A stretch of DNA of 64,000 nt, taken from an uncultured Pseudomonadota bacterium. Lineage in GTDB: Bacteria; Myxococcota_A; UBA796; JAFGLY01. Shown piece after piece: positions 54,700 through 64,000 of the stretch; positions within the stretch are counted from its first letter, which is position 1, and each line of letters begins with the position of its first letter. The notes beneath the pieces were generated by a model. It saw only the letters and a program-made list of their open reading frames with translations, had not been told where the DNA came from and did not search any database. The position numbers were made by a program, and so were the translations under genes. Where the stretch lies: NCBI GenBank assembly GCA_937912125.1, contig CALDOK010000195.1, positions 17,384-81,383 of the forward strand, given 5' to 3'.

Positions 54700-55875
54700 T
54701 CACATCACGAAGAACGAGCCCACCGCCCAGCCCACCATCATACAGGCGTTGAGGGCCGCCAGACCGGCCATCAGCAGCCACCGCAGGCGCGGCCGGTCCC
54801 GCACCGCCAGCGCCAGCCCTAGGAAGATGGGGTAGGCCACGATGGTGTAGCGGGCGTAGGACTCGAGGGGAGCGTAGCTCGCGCCGTTGAGCAGGGGCAC
54901 CCCCAGCAGACACAGCGCCAGGGCGAGCTCGGGCCAGAGCTTGCGCTTGATCAGGGGCGCCAGCGAGGCGAAGCAGGCCACCGCGAAGAGCCACTGGAAG
55001 GTGTTGTAGGCCGAAGGCTGGAGAAAGGGCGCCAGCAGGGGCACCAGCGGGCTCTGGAAGCTGCGGTGCCAGCCCGCCTGCACGTCCAGAAACGCCAAGG
55101 GGTTTCCCACCAGCGAGTGCAGGAAGAGCATGTACAGGGCGGTGCCCAGGGGCACCAGCGCCAGCGACGACAGCCGCAGCCAGGAGCGTGCTCGCCGCAG
55201 GGAGGCCCAGCCGTGGCGCTCCACGAACAGCAGCCCCAGTGGCAGCAGCACCACCAGCCCAACGAAGCGTGTGGCCGTGAGCAGCGCCCCCACCAGCCCC
55301 ACCATCACCCAGCGATCCCGCAGGGCGTAGTGGACGCAGCCCAGCAGCAGCAGCAGGAACAGCGACTCCGTGTACATGGACGAGAACACGTAGGAACCTG
55401 GGAAGAACGCCGCGATGGCAACCACCAGCGAGGCGGTCCTGGCGTCCACACGCTGCTTCACGATGCTCCACAGCAGCAGCAGCGCCCCCAGGAAGCAGAG
55501 GTTGGATACCAGCACGCCGGCCACCAGCGGATGGCCCACCAGGGGCGTGACGAGCTTGCAGATCAGGGGGTAGGCCGGGAAGAACACGTGGTTGGTCTGC
55601 AGCGCGCCGGGCTCGATGACCTCCTGGTAGCCGCGCTCGACGATCCACAGGTACCAGCCCGAGTCCAGGACCCCCCAGATGTCCCACCAGGCATTTTCGT
55701 GGTACCGCCAGACGTAGTGATCCTCGATGGAGGGGCCCAGCACGCCGCGGGTGAGCACGCCCACCACCTGGAGCAACAGGCGCGAGCCCAGAAAGACCGC
55801 CACCGCAAGCGGCACGCCCTGGTCGGCCCAGGAGCCGAGCCGCTGGCGCAGCCACGGGGGGAGCTGAGCGGGCAT
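54700..55875 (-). CDS. Polytopic GT-C-type glycosyltransferase (PIG-V/mannosyltransferase-like)
   Basis: ATG 55875 lies within ORF 54700..56034. DSGWYLWIVERGY, NHVFFPAYPL, ~9-10 hydrophobic helices. Confidence 0.6.
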   Translation of the reverse strand: MPAQLPPWLRQRLGSWADQGVPLAVAVFLGSRLLLQVVGVLTRGVLGPSIEDHYVWRYHENAWWDIWGVLDSGWYLWIVERGYQEVIEPGALQTNHVFFPAYPLICKLVTPLVGHPLVAGVLVSNLCFLGALLLLWSIVKQRVDARTASLVVAIAAFFPGSYVFSSMYTESLFLLLLLGCVHYALRDRWVMVGLVGALLTATRFVGLVVLLPLGLLFVERHGWASLRRARSWLRLSSLALVPLGTALYMLFLHSLVGNPLAFLDVQAGWHRSFQSPLVPLLAPFLQPSAYNTFQWLFAVACFASLAPLIKRKLWPELALALCLLGVPLLNGASYAPLESYARYTIVAYPIFLGLALAVRDRPRLRWLLMAGLAALNACMMVGWAVGSFFVM

Positions 55876-56021
55876 GATGCCTTCCAGGGGGGAGAATGGC
55901 GCGAACGCGGACCGGGCGCAGCCCCCCCTCCTAACCGGATCCCGGAGAGGTCGGAGGGGTATGGGGGCCGCCAGCGCTCCGAATGACCGCCACCGAGGGC
56001 CACTTCCCCCTCTCGCGGCGG

Positions 56022-56051
56022 TTGACAGGTCCACAGCCCCCCCTCTACATT
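56022..56051 (+). promoter_or_regulatory. Sigma-70-type promoter TTGACA-18-TACATT upstream of the molybdenum hydroxylase operon
   Basis: TTGACA at 56022-56027, TACATT at 56046-56051, and GGGAGG RBS before ATG 56091. Confidence 0.45.
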
Positions 56052-56090
56052 GCCCCGTCCCACGCGACGCGGTCCCACACGGGAGGCTCC

Positions 56091-56906
56091 ATGTCCCAGG
56101 GCTTTCACCGCCCCACTTCCGTCCGCCAGGCCCTCGAGCTCCAGGCCGATCTCGGCCCCGATGCGCTCTTCCTGGCAGGCGGCACCGAGATCAACCAGAA
56201 GCACCACCCCCACCGGGCCAGCCACCTCATCTCCCTGGCCGGCCTCGACCTAGGGGGGATCGGCGTCAGCGCCCGCGGCGTGGTGCTCGGCGCCACCCTG
56301 AGCTTCCAGGAGCTGATGGAGGCCCCGCAGGCTCCCCCAGCCCTCGTGCGCGCGGCCGCCAAGCTGGTGAACCGCAACGTCCGCAACGTGGCCACGGTGG
56401 GCGGTCAGCTGGCCACGGGCAAGTCCTGCGGCGACCTCATCCCCTGCCTGGTGGCGCTGGATGCTCGCGTCCTGCTGGCCAACCTCAGCGGCTCGGCCTC
56501 GGTGGCGGTGGCCGAGTACGTCGCCACCAAGCCCGCCGGGCTGATCGTGGCGATCGAAGTCCCCACCCCTTCCGCCGGGCGGGGTGTCGGGCTGGCCAAC
56601 TTCACCCGCACGGCCAACGACCTGAGCGTGATCACCGTGGGCGCCTCGCTCGAGCGAACCAGCGCCGGCGTCCAGGCGCCCATCCTGGCCGTCGGGGGCG
56701 TGGCGGCCACCGCGGTGCGTCTGAGCGCCGTGGAGCAGGCCCTGGCGGGCGCTCCCCTGCCCTCGCGCGCCGTCCTCACGTCCATGATCGCTGCGGCGGT
56801 CCAACCCATCGACGATCTGCGCGGCGGCGCAGCCTTCAAGCGCAAGCTGGCGGGCGAGCTGGCCGCGGACGCCCTGGTCGAAGCCTGGCAGCAGGCAGGG
56901 GAGTAG
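56091..56906 (+). CDS. Molybdenum hydroxylase FAD-binding subunit (YgfM/CoxM/XdhB-like)
   Basis: ATG 56091. FLAGGTEIN, NVATVGGQLA, IDDLRGGAAFKRKLAGEL. Confidence 0.8.
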   Translation: MSQGFHRPTSVRQALELQADLGPDALFLAGGTEINQKHHPHRASHLISLAGLDLGGIGVSARGVVLGATLSFQELMEAPQAPPALVRAAAKLVNRNVRNVATVGGQLATGKSCGDLIPCLVALDARVLLANLSGSASVAVAEYVATKPAGLIVAIEVPTPSAGRGVGLANFTRTANDLSVITVGASLERTSAGVQAPILAVGGVAATAVRLSAVEQALAGAPLPSRAVLTSMIAAAVQPIDDLRGGAAFKRKLAGELAADALVEAWQQAGE

Positions 56907-56908
56907 CC

Positions 56909-59776
56909 ATGAACATCTCCGTCACCCTCAACGGCCAGGCCCGCAGCTACGAGACCACCCAGGGCGAGCGCCTGCTGGATCTGCTGCGCCGCCAGGGCAT
57001 CATCTCGGTGCGCAACGGCTGCGACGGCGAAGGGTCCTGTGGGGCCTGCGCCATTCAGCTCAACGGCCGCCTGGTCAACTCCTGCCTGCTGCTGGCGGCC
57101 CAAGTCGACGGCGGCGTCATCGACACCGTGGAGCGCCTGGGTGACCACGTCACCCTCGATCCCATCCAGCAGGCCTTCGTCGACGCCGGCATCGTCCAGT
57201 GCGGCTACTGCACCCCCGCCATGGTGCTGGCCATCAAGGAGCTGCTGGACCACACGCCCAACCCCAGCCAAGCCGATGTCAAGGACGCCCTGTCCGGCAC
57301 CTTCTGCCGCTGTACCGGCTACCAGCAGGTCTTCGGGGCCGTGCAGCTGGCCGTCGAGCGCCGCCTCGACCCCGCGGCCAGCGCCGCCGATCTTTCCCCA
57401 GAGTTCCGCCCTGAGCTGCGCCTGGTGGGCAAGTCCGGCGGAAAGATCGACGGGCCCTACCTCTCCCGAGGCGGCCGCGCCTTCGTGGACGACTTCGTTG
57501 AGCCCGGCACCTGCGTGCTCAAGATGCTCCGATCCCCCTACGCCCACGCCATCGTCAAGAAGGTCGACGTCAGCAAGGCCTTGGCCCTGCCCGGCGTGGT
57601 CTTCATCGGTACCAAGGACAACTGCCCCGACATCTACTACGGCCAGGCCGGCCAGGGCTTCCCCGAGCCCAGCCCCTACGACCGCAAGATGTTCGGCGAC
57701 AAGGTGCTCCATGTAGGCGACCGGGTGGCCGCCGTGGTGGCCGAGACCGCCGAGATCGCCGCCCAGGCCATGGCCCTCATCGACGTGGAGTACGAAGCCC
57801 TCGAGCCCGTGCTCTCCATCGAAGCCGCCCGGGCCCCCGGCGCACCCATCATCCACGATGGCGAGATCTCCTACGTCGTCGGCGCCCCCGACGACCTGGA
57901 CAACAGCGCCGCCACCCCCGCAGGCGGCAAGGTCATCTACCAGTTCCCCATCCACGGCGACCCCCACCGCAACCTGGCGGCGTCGGTCAGCGGCGGCATC
58001 GGCGATCTGGCCAAGGGCTTCGAAGAGGCCGAGGTCACCCTCGAGCGCGAGTACTACGGCGGCCGGGTGCAGTGCACCCCCGTCGAGCCCCACGTGGTCT
58101 ACTCCCGCATCGAAGAAGACCGCCTGGTCATCCGGGCCTCCACCCAGGTGCCCTGGCACGTGCGGCGCATCATCGCCCGCCTGCTCGATCTCCCAGAGAA
58201 CAAGATCCGCGTCATCAAGGCCCGCACCGGCGGCGCCTTCGGCGCCAAGCAGGACATGGTCCTCGAAGAGGTCGCGGCCTGGTGTACCTGGATGACCGGC
58301 CGCGCCGTGCACTTCCGGTTCACCCGCGAAGAAGAGTTCATCGCCTCCCGCACCCGCCACCCCATGCGGGTCCGGGTCAAGCTGGGCGCCAAGCGCGATG
58401 GCAAGCTCACCGCGGTCTACATGGATCTGCACGCCAACACGGGCCCCTATGGCTCCCACTGCCTCACCGTGCCCATGAACGCCTGCTCCAAGGCCCTTCC
58501 CCTGCTGCTGTGCGACCACATGGGCTTCGACGTACACACCTGGTACTCGAACATCCCCCCCACCGGTGCCTACCAAGGCTACGGCGCGCCCAAGGGCAGC
58601 TTCGCCCTGCAGCTGGCCTGCGCCGAGATGGCCCACGAGCTGGGCATGGACCCCCTGGCCTTCCTCGAGAAGAACCGGGTGCGCGAAGGCGCCATGCTCG
58701 AGATCCTCAAGTGCCTGGGTGAAGGCCGCGAAGGCGTGCCCCAGCTGGTCTACTCCTGTGGCCTCGGGCCCGCCCTCGAGCGGGGGGCCGAGCTCATCGA
58801 GTGGGGCGTGCCCGTCGAGGGCGCCGAGCCCCACATCCAGGTGGGCAAGGGTGTCGCCATCGTGCAGCAGGGCTCCGGCCTACCGGGGCTGGACTCCGCC
58901 AACGCCTGGGTCACCCAGTTCGCCGACGGCACCTTCATGCTCCACTCCGGCGGCACCGATCTGGGCACGGGGCTGGACACCGTGACCGCCAAGATGGTCG
59001 CCGAGATCCTCGAGCTGCCCCTCACGGCTGTCGCCGTCACCGCCGCCGACACCGACGTCACCCCCTTCGACGTGGGCGCCTACGCCAGCTCGGGCACCTT
59101 CTTCTCGGGGGGCGCCGCACAGGACGCCGCCCGCAAGATGAAGGACATCCTGCTCGACGTCGCAGCCGAGATGCTGGTGGAACCCCTCGACAACCTCGAG
59201 CTCGTCTACCCCTGCACGGTCCGTGGCATGAGCGGCCAGGTCAGCTCCGAAGACATCGCCCGCTTCACCCAGACGGGCACCGGCCGCGGCCAACTCACCA
59301 GCGTCGGAAAGTTCATCACCGACAAGGGCAGCTTCCCCTACGGCGCCCACTTCGCACAGGTCGCGGTGGACACTCGCACCGGCAAGGTCACCCTCCAGAA
59401 GTTCTACGCCCTGCAGGACTGCGGCACCCCCATCAACCCCGCCCTGGCCCTGGGCCAGATCTACGGCGGCGCCCTCAAGACCATCGGCTCGGCCATGTTC
59501 GAGGAGATGGTGCTGGACGACAAGGGCCGCTGCCTCAACGCCGATCTGCTGGACTACAAGGTCCCCATGATCAACGACCTGCCCGACGACTTCCGCTGTG
59601 AGCTGGTCTACACCGACGATCCCTTCGGGCCCTTCGGCTCCAAGTCCATCGCCGAGATCTCCTGCAATGGCGCCGCCCCCGCCATCGCCGCCGCCATCCA
59701 CGACGCCGCCGGCGTCTGGATGCGGGAGTGGCCTTTCACCCCCGAGAAGGTCCTGCGGGCCCTGGGCAGCCTCTAG
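56909..59776 (+). CDS. Fused [2Fe-2S] plus molybdopterin-binding subunit of a xanthine-dehydrogenase-family hydroxylase (XdhD/YgfN-like, 955 aa)
   Basis: ATG 56909 lies within the 55874..59776 ORF. CDGEGSCGACAIQLNG...NSCL, QCGYCTPAMV, FCRCTGY, then the a/b-hammerhead and Mo domains (TGGAFGAKQD, GAYQGYGAPKG, YASSGTF, GSKSIAE). Confidence 0.88.
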   Translation: MNISVTLNGQARSYETTQGERLLDLLRRQGIISVRNGCDGEGSCGACAIQLNGRLVNSCLLLAAQVDGGVIDTVERLGDHVTLDPIQQAFVDAGIVQCGYCTPAMVLAIKELLDHTPNPSQADVKDALSGTFCRCTGYQQVFGAVQLAVERRLDPAASAADLSPEFRPELRLVGKSGGKIDGPYLSRGGRAFVDDFVEPGTCVLKMLRSPYAHAIVKKVDVSKALALPGVVFIGTKDNCPDIYYGQAGQGFPEPSPYDRKMFGDKVLHVGDRVAAVVAETAEIAAQAMALIDVEYEALEPVLSIEAARAPGAPIIHDGEISYVVGAPDDLDNSAATPAGGKVIYQFPIHGDPHRNLAASVSGGIGDLAKGFEEAEVTLEREYYGGRVQCTPVEPHVVYSRIEEDRLVIRASTQVPWHVRRIIARLLDLPENKIRVIKARTGGAFGAKQDMVLEEVAAWCTWMTGRAVHFRFTREEEFIASRTRHPMRVRVKLGAKRDGKLTAVYMDLHANTGPYGSHCLTVPMNACSKALPLLLCDHMGFDVHTWYSNIPPTGAYQGYGAPKGSFALQLACAEMAHELGMDPLAFLEKNRVREGAMLEILKCLGEGREGVPQLVYSCGLGPALERGAELIEWGVPVEGAEPHIQVGKGVAIVQQGSGLPGLDSANAWVTQFADGTFMLHSGGTDLGTGLDTVTAKMVAEILELPLTAVAVTAADTDVTPFDVGAYASSGTFFSGGAAQDAARKMKDILLDVAAEMLVEPLDNLELVYPCTVRGMSGQVSSEDIARFTQTGTGRGQLTSVGKFITDKGSFPYGAHFAQVAVDTRTGKVTLQKFYALQDCGTPINPALALGQIYGGALKTIGSAMFEEMVLDDKGRCLNADLLDYKVPMINDLPDDFRCELVYTDDPFGPFGSKSIAEISCNGAAPAIAAAIHDAAGVWMREWPFTPEKVLRALGSL

Positions 59777-59794
59777 CGAACCGAGAGAGACACC

Positions 59795-61291
59795 ATGCAT
59801 CACGAGCGCATCGTCGCCTGCCGCGCCGACTTCGTCCTTCCCCTGGCCCAGCCCGACCCCGGCCTGCGCATCGCCGACGGCTACGTGCTGGCCCGGGGTG
59901 AGACCCTGCTCGAGATAGGGCCCTACACCCCCGCCGTGGGCGAGCGCCTGCTGGCCACCTACGGCGCGCGCCTCGAGGCCATCGGGGGAGCCCTGGTGCG
60001 GCCCGAGACCGCCGACGAACCCCTGCCCCGCCTGCGGGGCGTGATCCTGCCCGGCTTCGTCAAGGCCCACGGGCACGATCACGAGCAGCCCATCATCGGC
60101 GTGGCCAAGGACGAGCCCCTGACAGACTGGCTGGATCACGCGGTCAACCCCTTCACGGGCTTCATCAACAAGCAGCGCACCGAGCTGACCGAGGCCCTGG
60201 GCTGCACGCCGCAGTACGCGACCTACCGCATGGCCCGCCTCTGCGACATCCACTACGGCATCACCTCCTCGATGGTGCACCACTGCAACCACAACAAGTA
60301 CCACCTCGAGGACATCGCGAAGGCCAACGAGGCTGCGGGCACCACCATGATCGTGGCCATCGGTGGCCAGGATCGTTTCTACGTGGCCGAGCTGCTGGAC
60401 AGCCCCAGCGACGCCATGGCCCGGCTCGAGCGCGCCCTGACCATTCAGGCCGGCTGTGAGCGCACCACCTTCTGCCCGGGTCCCGATCAGCTGTTCTCGA
60501 ACAGCCGCGCGGTGCTCGTTCCCCAGAAAGCCTGGGCCCGGGAACACGGCACCCTGTTCCACATCCACAGCTCCGAAGAGCCCAACACCACCCGCTGGTT
60601 CCAAGCCGAGATCGAGCCGGGCATGACCCCGGTGCAGTACGCCGAGTCCATCGGCATCCTCGACGAGCAGTCCGTGCTGGCCCACCAGGTCAACAACGGC
60701 CCGCAGGACCTCGAGATCCTGGCGCGCACGGGCACCCGCGTGGTTCACAACCCTCTGGCCAACACCATCCTGGGCTCGGGCATGCCCCCCATCCTGGACA
60801 TGATGGCCGCCGGGATCCCCGTGGCCATCTCCACCGACGGATCGGGCTCGGCCGACAACCAGAACATCATCGCCGCAGCGCGCCTGGCCGCCCAGTACCA
60901 GAAGGCGCGGCTGCAGGACGCCACTGTCCTGCCCTCCGGCCAGCTGCTGCAGATGATCACCTCGGTGCCGGCGGGCATCCTGCGCCTGCCGCAGGGGGCG
61001 CTCCAGGTGGGCCTGCAGGCCGACTGGGTGGTGCTCGACCTGGACCGCCCCAACCTGTGCCCCACCCGGCTGGACAACGTCATGGAGAACGTCATCTGGG
61101 CGGCGGACGGCGGTGAGATCTCCACGGTCGTCGCCAGGGGCCACTTGCTCAAACACCAGGGGGTTGTGCTACCATTCGCCGATGGCTCCACCCCCCAGGC
61201 CACCATGGCTGCGGTCCAGGAGCTGAGCGAGCGCTTCGCGACCTGGCGCCAGAGCGCGCCGGAGCTGCGGGGCACCGGCGCCCATACCTAG
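59795..61291 (+). CDS. Amidohydrolase-superfamily enzyme (SsnA/chlorohydrolase/deaminase-like)
   Basis: PGFVKAHGHDH (HxH metal motif), LFHIHSSE, VLAHQV, AISTDGSGSADN. Confidence 0.7.
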   Translation: MHHERIVACRADFVLPLAQPDPGLRIADGYVLARGETLLEIGPYTPAVGERLLATYGARLEAIGGALVRPETADEPLPRLRGVILPGFVKAHGHDHEQPIIGVAKDEPLTDWLDHAVNPFTGFINKQRTELTEALGCTPQYATYRMARLCDIHYGITSSMVHHCNHNKYHLEDIAKANEAAGTTMIVAIGGQDRFYVAELLDSPSDAMARLERALTIQAGCERTTFCPGPDQLFSNSRAVLVPQKAWAREHGTLFHIHSSEEPNTTRWFQAEIEPGMTPVQYAESIGILDEQSVLAHQVNNGPQDLEILARTGTRVVHNPLANTILGSGMPPILDMMAAGIPVAISTDGSGSADNQNIIAAARLAAQYQKARLQDATVLPSGQLLQMITSVPAGILRLPQGALQVGLQADWVVLDLDRPNLCPTRLDNVMENVIWAADGGEISTVVARGHLLKHQGVVLPFADGSTPQATMAAVQELSERFATWRQSAPELRGTGAHT

Positions 61292-61308
61292 GAGCCTCCC
61301 CCACATCC

Positions 61309-61938
61309 ATGGGCAGCACAGTCGCCATCGTCTTGGCAGCAGGCTTCGGCTCTCGCATGGGGGCCGACAAGCTGGGCCTGTCCCTGGGCCACTGCAGCAT
61401 CCTGGGCCACACCCTGCGCGCCTACTCTGGCCACGGCTTGGAGTACCGCATCCTGGTCACCCGTCCCGAGCTCCCGCTGCCTCCCGAGGCCGCCAACTGG
61501 CAGGTGATCTTCAACGAACGCTCCGACCGCGGCATGGGCAGCTCCCTGCGTGCTGGCGTGGCCGCGGCGCCTCCCGGCTGCACGGGCTTCCTGCTCGGCC
61601 TGGGCGATCTGCCCGCGCTGCGCAACCCGACCGTGGGGGCCGTCCTGGCGGCCGCACGCACGGCCCCCCTGGGCATGGTGTTCCCCACCTGGCGCGGTCG
61701 CCGTGGCCACCCTGTCTGGCTCCACGCTCGCTACCGCCCAGCGCTGCTGGCAGTCCAGGGTGATCAAGGCGCCAGGGCCCTGCTCCGGGAGTGCTCGGGC
61801 GTGGGTGTCGAGGTGCCCGACCCGGGCTGCGTATTGGACGTGGACACCCCCGACGACCTCGCCAGGCTCGAGCTCCGCGACGGTTCTCCCTGCTGGTGTC
61901 TTGACGATCCTCCCTCTCCGGGGGCTGCGTGCCCCTGA
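61309..61938 (+). CDS. mocA: MobA-like NTP transferase (molybdenum cofactor cytidylyltransferase MocA/YgfJ-like)
   Basis: VAIVLAAGFGSRMGADKL, SDRGMGSSLRAGV, LGDLP, GHPV. Confidence 0.7.
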   Translation: MGSTVAIVLAAGFGSRMGADKLGLSLGHCSILGHTLRAYSGHGLEYRILVTRPELPLPPEAANWQVIFNERSDRGMGSSLRAGVAAAPPGCTGFLLGLGDLPALRNPTVGAVLAAARTAPLGMVFPTWRGRRGHPVWLHARYRPALLAVQGDQGARALLRECSGVGVEVPDPGCVLDVDTPDDLARLELRDGSPCWCLDDPPSPGAACP

Positions 61939-62738
61939 GGGTCCTGATCAAGGGGGCTGGCGAGCAGGCCTCAGGGACCGCCCATCGCCTCTTCCGCTGC
62001 GGCTTCCGGGTGGTGTTGACCGACCGCGAGCAGCCGAGCGCCGTCCGCAGGAGAGTCTCCTTCGCGTCGGCCCTGTACGAAGGCGGGGTAGCTGTCGAGG
62101 GCATCAACGCCCGCGCCTGGACCCTCGAGGGCGCGGTGACGCTGGCGGGTTTCGACTGGCGCCACCTGCCGGTCTTCTGTGATCCCGACGATCAGCTTCG
62201 CCGCCGCTGGCACCCCGACGTGATCATCGACGCCCGCATCCTCAAGCGCAACCAAGGCAACGCCATGGACCAGGCGCCGCTGGTGATCGGCTATGGGCCG
62301 GGCATCGAGGCCGGCCTGCACGTCCACGCTGTGGTGGAGACCAACCGTGGGCATGACCTCGGCCGCATCATCACCCGGGGTGCCGCCGCCGCCGACACAG
62401 GGATCCCCGGGACCATCGCGGGGGTCAGCGAGGGCCGGGTGCTCCGGGCGCCCTGCGACGGAGAGCTGGTAGTGCTGCACGACATCGGGGCCGTGGTCGA
62501 GGCGGGCGAAGAGCTGGCCCGGGTGGCGGGCTCTTCGGTGCACGCGGGCATCGGCGGCATGGTGCGGGGCATGGCCCATCCCGGGCTCCTGGTGCGCAGG
62601 GGCCAGAAGCTGGGCGACGTGGACCCTCGCTGCGACCCCCGGGCCTGCATCACCATCTCGGACAAGGCCCGCACCATCAGCGGTGCGGCCCTCGAGCACA
62701 TCATCACGACCTTCGGGCTCGGCCCCATCGCCCCATGA
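61929..62738 (+). CDS. yqeB: Selenium-dependent molybdenum hydroxylase system protein, YqeB (EF2563) family
   Basis: VLIKGAGEQASGTAHRLFRCGFRVVLTDREQPSAVRRRVSFASALYEG...VETNRGHDLGR...GDV. This is the short ~260-aa form. It overlaps mocA by 10 nt. Confidence 0.7.
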   Translation: MPLRVLIKGAGEQASGTAHRLFRCGFRVVLTDREQPSAVRRRVSFASALYEGGVAVEGINARAWTLEGAVTLAGFDWRHLPVFCDPDDQLRRRWHPDVIIDARILKRNQGNAMDQAPLVIGYGPGIEAGLHVHAVVETNRGHDLGRIITRGAAAADTGIPGTIAGVSEGRVLRAPCDGELVVLHDIGAVVEAGEELARVAGSSVHAGIGGMVRGMAHPGLLVRRGQKLGDVDPRCDPRACITISDKARTISGAALEHIITTFGLGPIAP

Positions 62739-63520
62739 ACGCGGCTGGGCCTCTGGTCCCCGCGCTGGGCCTGCAGCACGCCCGCGCCCCGCGCCTGGTC
62801 CAGATCATCGGCGGCGGGGGCAAGACCACCCTGATGTTCGCCCTGGCCCACGAGCTGCGCTCTGACGGCGCGGCCGTGGTCACCACCACCACCACCCGCA
62901 TCTGGGCGCCCAGCGCCGCGCACTGCCCTGCCCTGGTGCTCACCGCAGAGCACGACGAGGTCCTGCCCGCCCTCCAGCGCGCCCTGGATCGCTGGGGTCA
63001 TGTCACCCTGGGCCAGACCGTCAGCACGGACGGCAAGCTCCTGGGGGTCTCCCCGGCCGTCCTCGAGGGGCTTCAGCGCGACCACCCGGACCTGTGGGTG
63101 ATCGCCGAGTGCGACGGTGCCGCCGGGCGTTCCCTGAAGGCCCATGCCCCCCACGAGCCTGCGCTCGCCCAGATCCCGAGTCTGGTCATCGCGGTGCTGG
63201 GGCTCGACATCATCGGTGCCCCCCTGGACCCGGTTCACGTACACCGCGCTTCGCTGCTGGCCGCACGGCTGGGGCTGGCCCCGGGCACGGCGCTGGGGCC
63301 CGACGCCCTGGCGCTCGCCGTCGCCGGCCCCGGCGGCTACCTCGACCAGCTGCCGCCCGCCGCCCGCGCCTGCCTGCTGCTCACCAAGCTCGACGCCCAG
63401 CGCGAGGCCGGCGCGCGCGCGCTGGTGGACGCCCTCCATACGCACCCCTCCGCGCGCAGGCTGGAGCGTGTGTTGGCCGCGAGTGAGAGCGACATCCGGC
63501 TGATGGCCGCCGGCTGGTAG
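62735..63520 (+). CDS. yqeC: Selenium-dependent hydroxylase accessory protein YqeC family (P-loop)
   Basis: VQIIGGGGKTTLMFALAHEL...AVVTTTTTRIWAP...ECDGAAGRSLKAHAPHEP...LTKLD. The ATG overlaps the yqeB stop (ATGA). Confidence 0.7.
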   Translation: MNAAGPLVPALGLQHARAPRLVQIIGGGGKTTLMFALAHELRSDGAAVVTTTTTRIWAPSAAHCPALVLTAEHDEVLPALQRALDRWGHVTLGQTVSTDGKLLGVSPAVLEGLQRDHPDLWVIAECDGAAGRSLKAHAPHEPALAQIPSLVIAVLGLDIIGAPLDPVHVHRASLLAARLGLAPGTALGPDALALAVAGPGGYLDQLPPAARACLLLTKLDAQREAGARALVDALHTHPSARRLERVLAASESDIRLMAAGW

Positions 63521-63525
63521 GTGCT

Positions 63526-64000
63526 CTAGTCGTCGACCGAGACGTTCCACTCGTACAGGGCGGTCTGGACCCGCGACAGCTGGGGCTCGGAGGGCTTGAC
63601 CTCGGGCTGGCCCTTGTCCAGGTTGTCGCGGCGACCCAGCAAGCCCGCCAGCCGACCGTTGGCCATGCGGAGCTGCCGGATGCCTGCGAAGGCGATCTGC
63701 CTCTGAAAGCGCAGCGCGAAGGGGGTGGCGTTGCGCACCAAGCGCTCGAACACGTCGCGCCCGATCTCGAGAGCCACCACCTGATCCACAGCCCTGACCG
63801 ACGCCGAGCGAGGGGAGCTGTCCACCAGGGACATCTGCCCCACCAGGCTGCCAGGCCCCAGGTTGGCGAGGTGACGGCCCCCTCCCGAGCTGGCCTTGAA
63901 GACCTCGACGTGCCCGGAGAGCAGCACGAAGCACGAGGCGCCAGGGCGGCCTTCCTGGCACATCAGGCTGCCGGGCTCCCAGACCATCAACCTCCCGGCG
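63526..64000 (-). CDS. Cyclic-nucleotide-binding-domain protein (C-terminal part; the N-terminus lies beyond the right edge)
   Basis: EGRPGASCFVLLSGHVEVF...LGPGSLVGQMSLVD..PRSASVRA is the cNMP beta-roll with the PBC-like RSAS. The frame stays open to nt 64000. Confidence 0.7.
   Translation of the reverse strand, partial: AGRLMVWEPGSLMCQEGRPGASCFVLLSGHVEVFKASSGGGRHLANLGPGSLVGQMSLVDSSPRSASVRAVDQVVALEIGRDVFERLVRNATPFALRFQRQIAFAGIRQLRMANGRLAGLLGRRDNLDKGQPEVKPSEPQLSRVQTALYEWNVSVDD

Noticed and set aside
55876-56090. Possible Moco or cobalamin riboswitch in leaders of the hydroxylase operon and the B12-rSAM genes (also 27873-27954, 44928-45133, 50657-50779)
   Set aside because: The predicted promoter leaves only a ~40-nt leader before ATG 56091. 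The other leaders show none of the conserved riboswitch cores I can recognise by eye (for example the B12 box). A covariance-model scan would be needed to exclude them formally.
55874-56908. 5' 345 codons of the 1300-aa ORF 55874..59776
   Set aside because: This is an out-of-frame shadow over the FAD-subunit gene (56091..56906). The Fe-S/Mo protein begins at ATG 56909 with the conserved MNISVTLNG...CGAC ferredoxin-like N-terminus.

Overview
Visibly GC-rich, very gene-dense chromosomal segment. I call about 54 protein genes. I see no rRNA, tRNA, CRISPR array, transposase or integrase. Two proteins end in MYXO-CTERM-type tails (GCGC/GCAGC, hydrophobic helix, RRRR). Many lipoproteins carry acidic D-A/D-S/D-T linkers. 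Together these point to a Myxococcota-like organism. Left to right: (1) a minus-strand operon with three SPFH (HflK/HflC-like) genes and a P1B heavy-metal ATPase that runs off the left edge; (2) a metzincin protease and an IPT-domain protein, both MYXO-CTERM; (3) xthA, a stand-alone condensation-like acyltransferase, then a small lipoprotein, a radical SAM/SPASM enzyme and a Cys-rich lipoprotein; (4) an ~11 kb same-strand array with two ABC-2 permeases (one fused to a CPBP protease), an ATPase, a lipoprotein carrying a PPDK_N ATP-grasp domain, a further lipoprotein, a fused transketolase and an NPP-phosphodiesterase/BNR lipoprotein; (5) murJ, the first of three B12-binding radical SAM genes coupled to a beta-barrel/EP-repeat protein, TetR, OmpA-like, and a sigma54-driven orphan flp pilin; (6) housekeeping ligA, rho-rpmE-DUF1385-prfA-prmC; (7) acyl-CoA ligase, folE, folB, a RibD_C-like reductase and the third B12-rSAM; (8) envelope lipoproteins and a PIG-V-like GT-C; (9) a complete selenium-dependent molybdenum hydroxylase-type cluster (ygfM/xdhD-like, amidohydrolase, mocA-like, yqeB, yqeC). 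The most unusual observation is that the Rho gene in the canonical locus keeps its RNA-binding domain but has lost every ATPase catalytic signature. Other candidates for undescribed biology are the peptide/rSAM-SPASM/Cys-rich cassette, the SPFH-trio plus metal pump operon, and the exported PPDK_N lipoprotein array. All functional calls come from motif reading by eye. No database search was possible.
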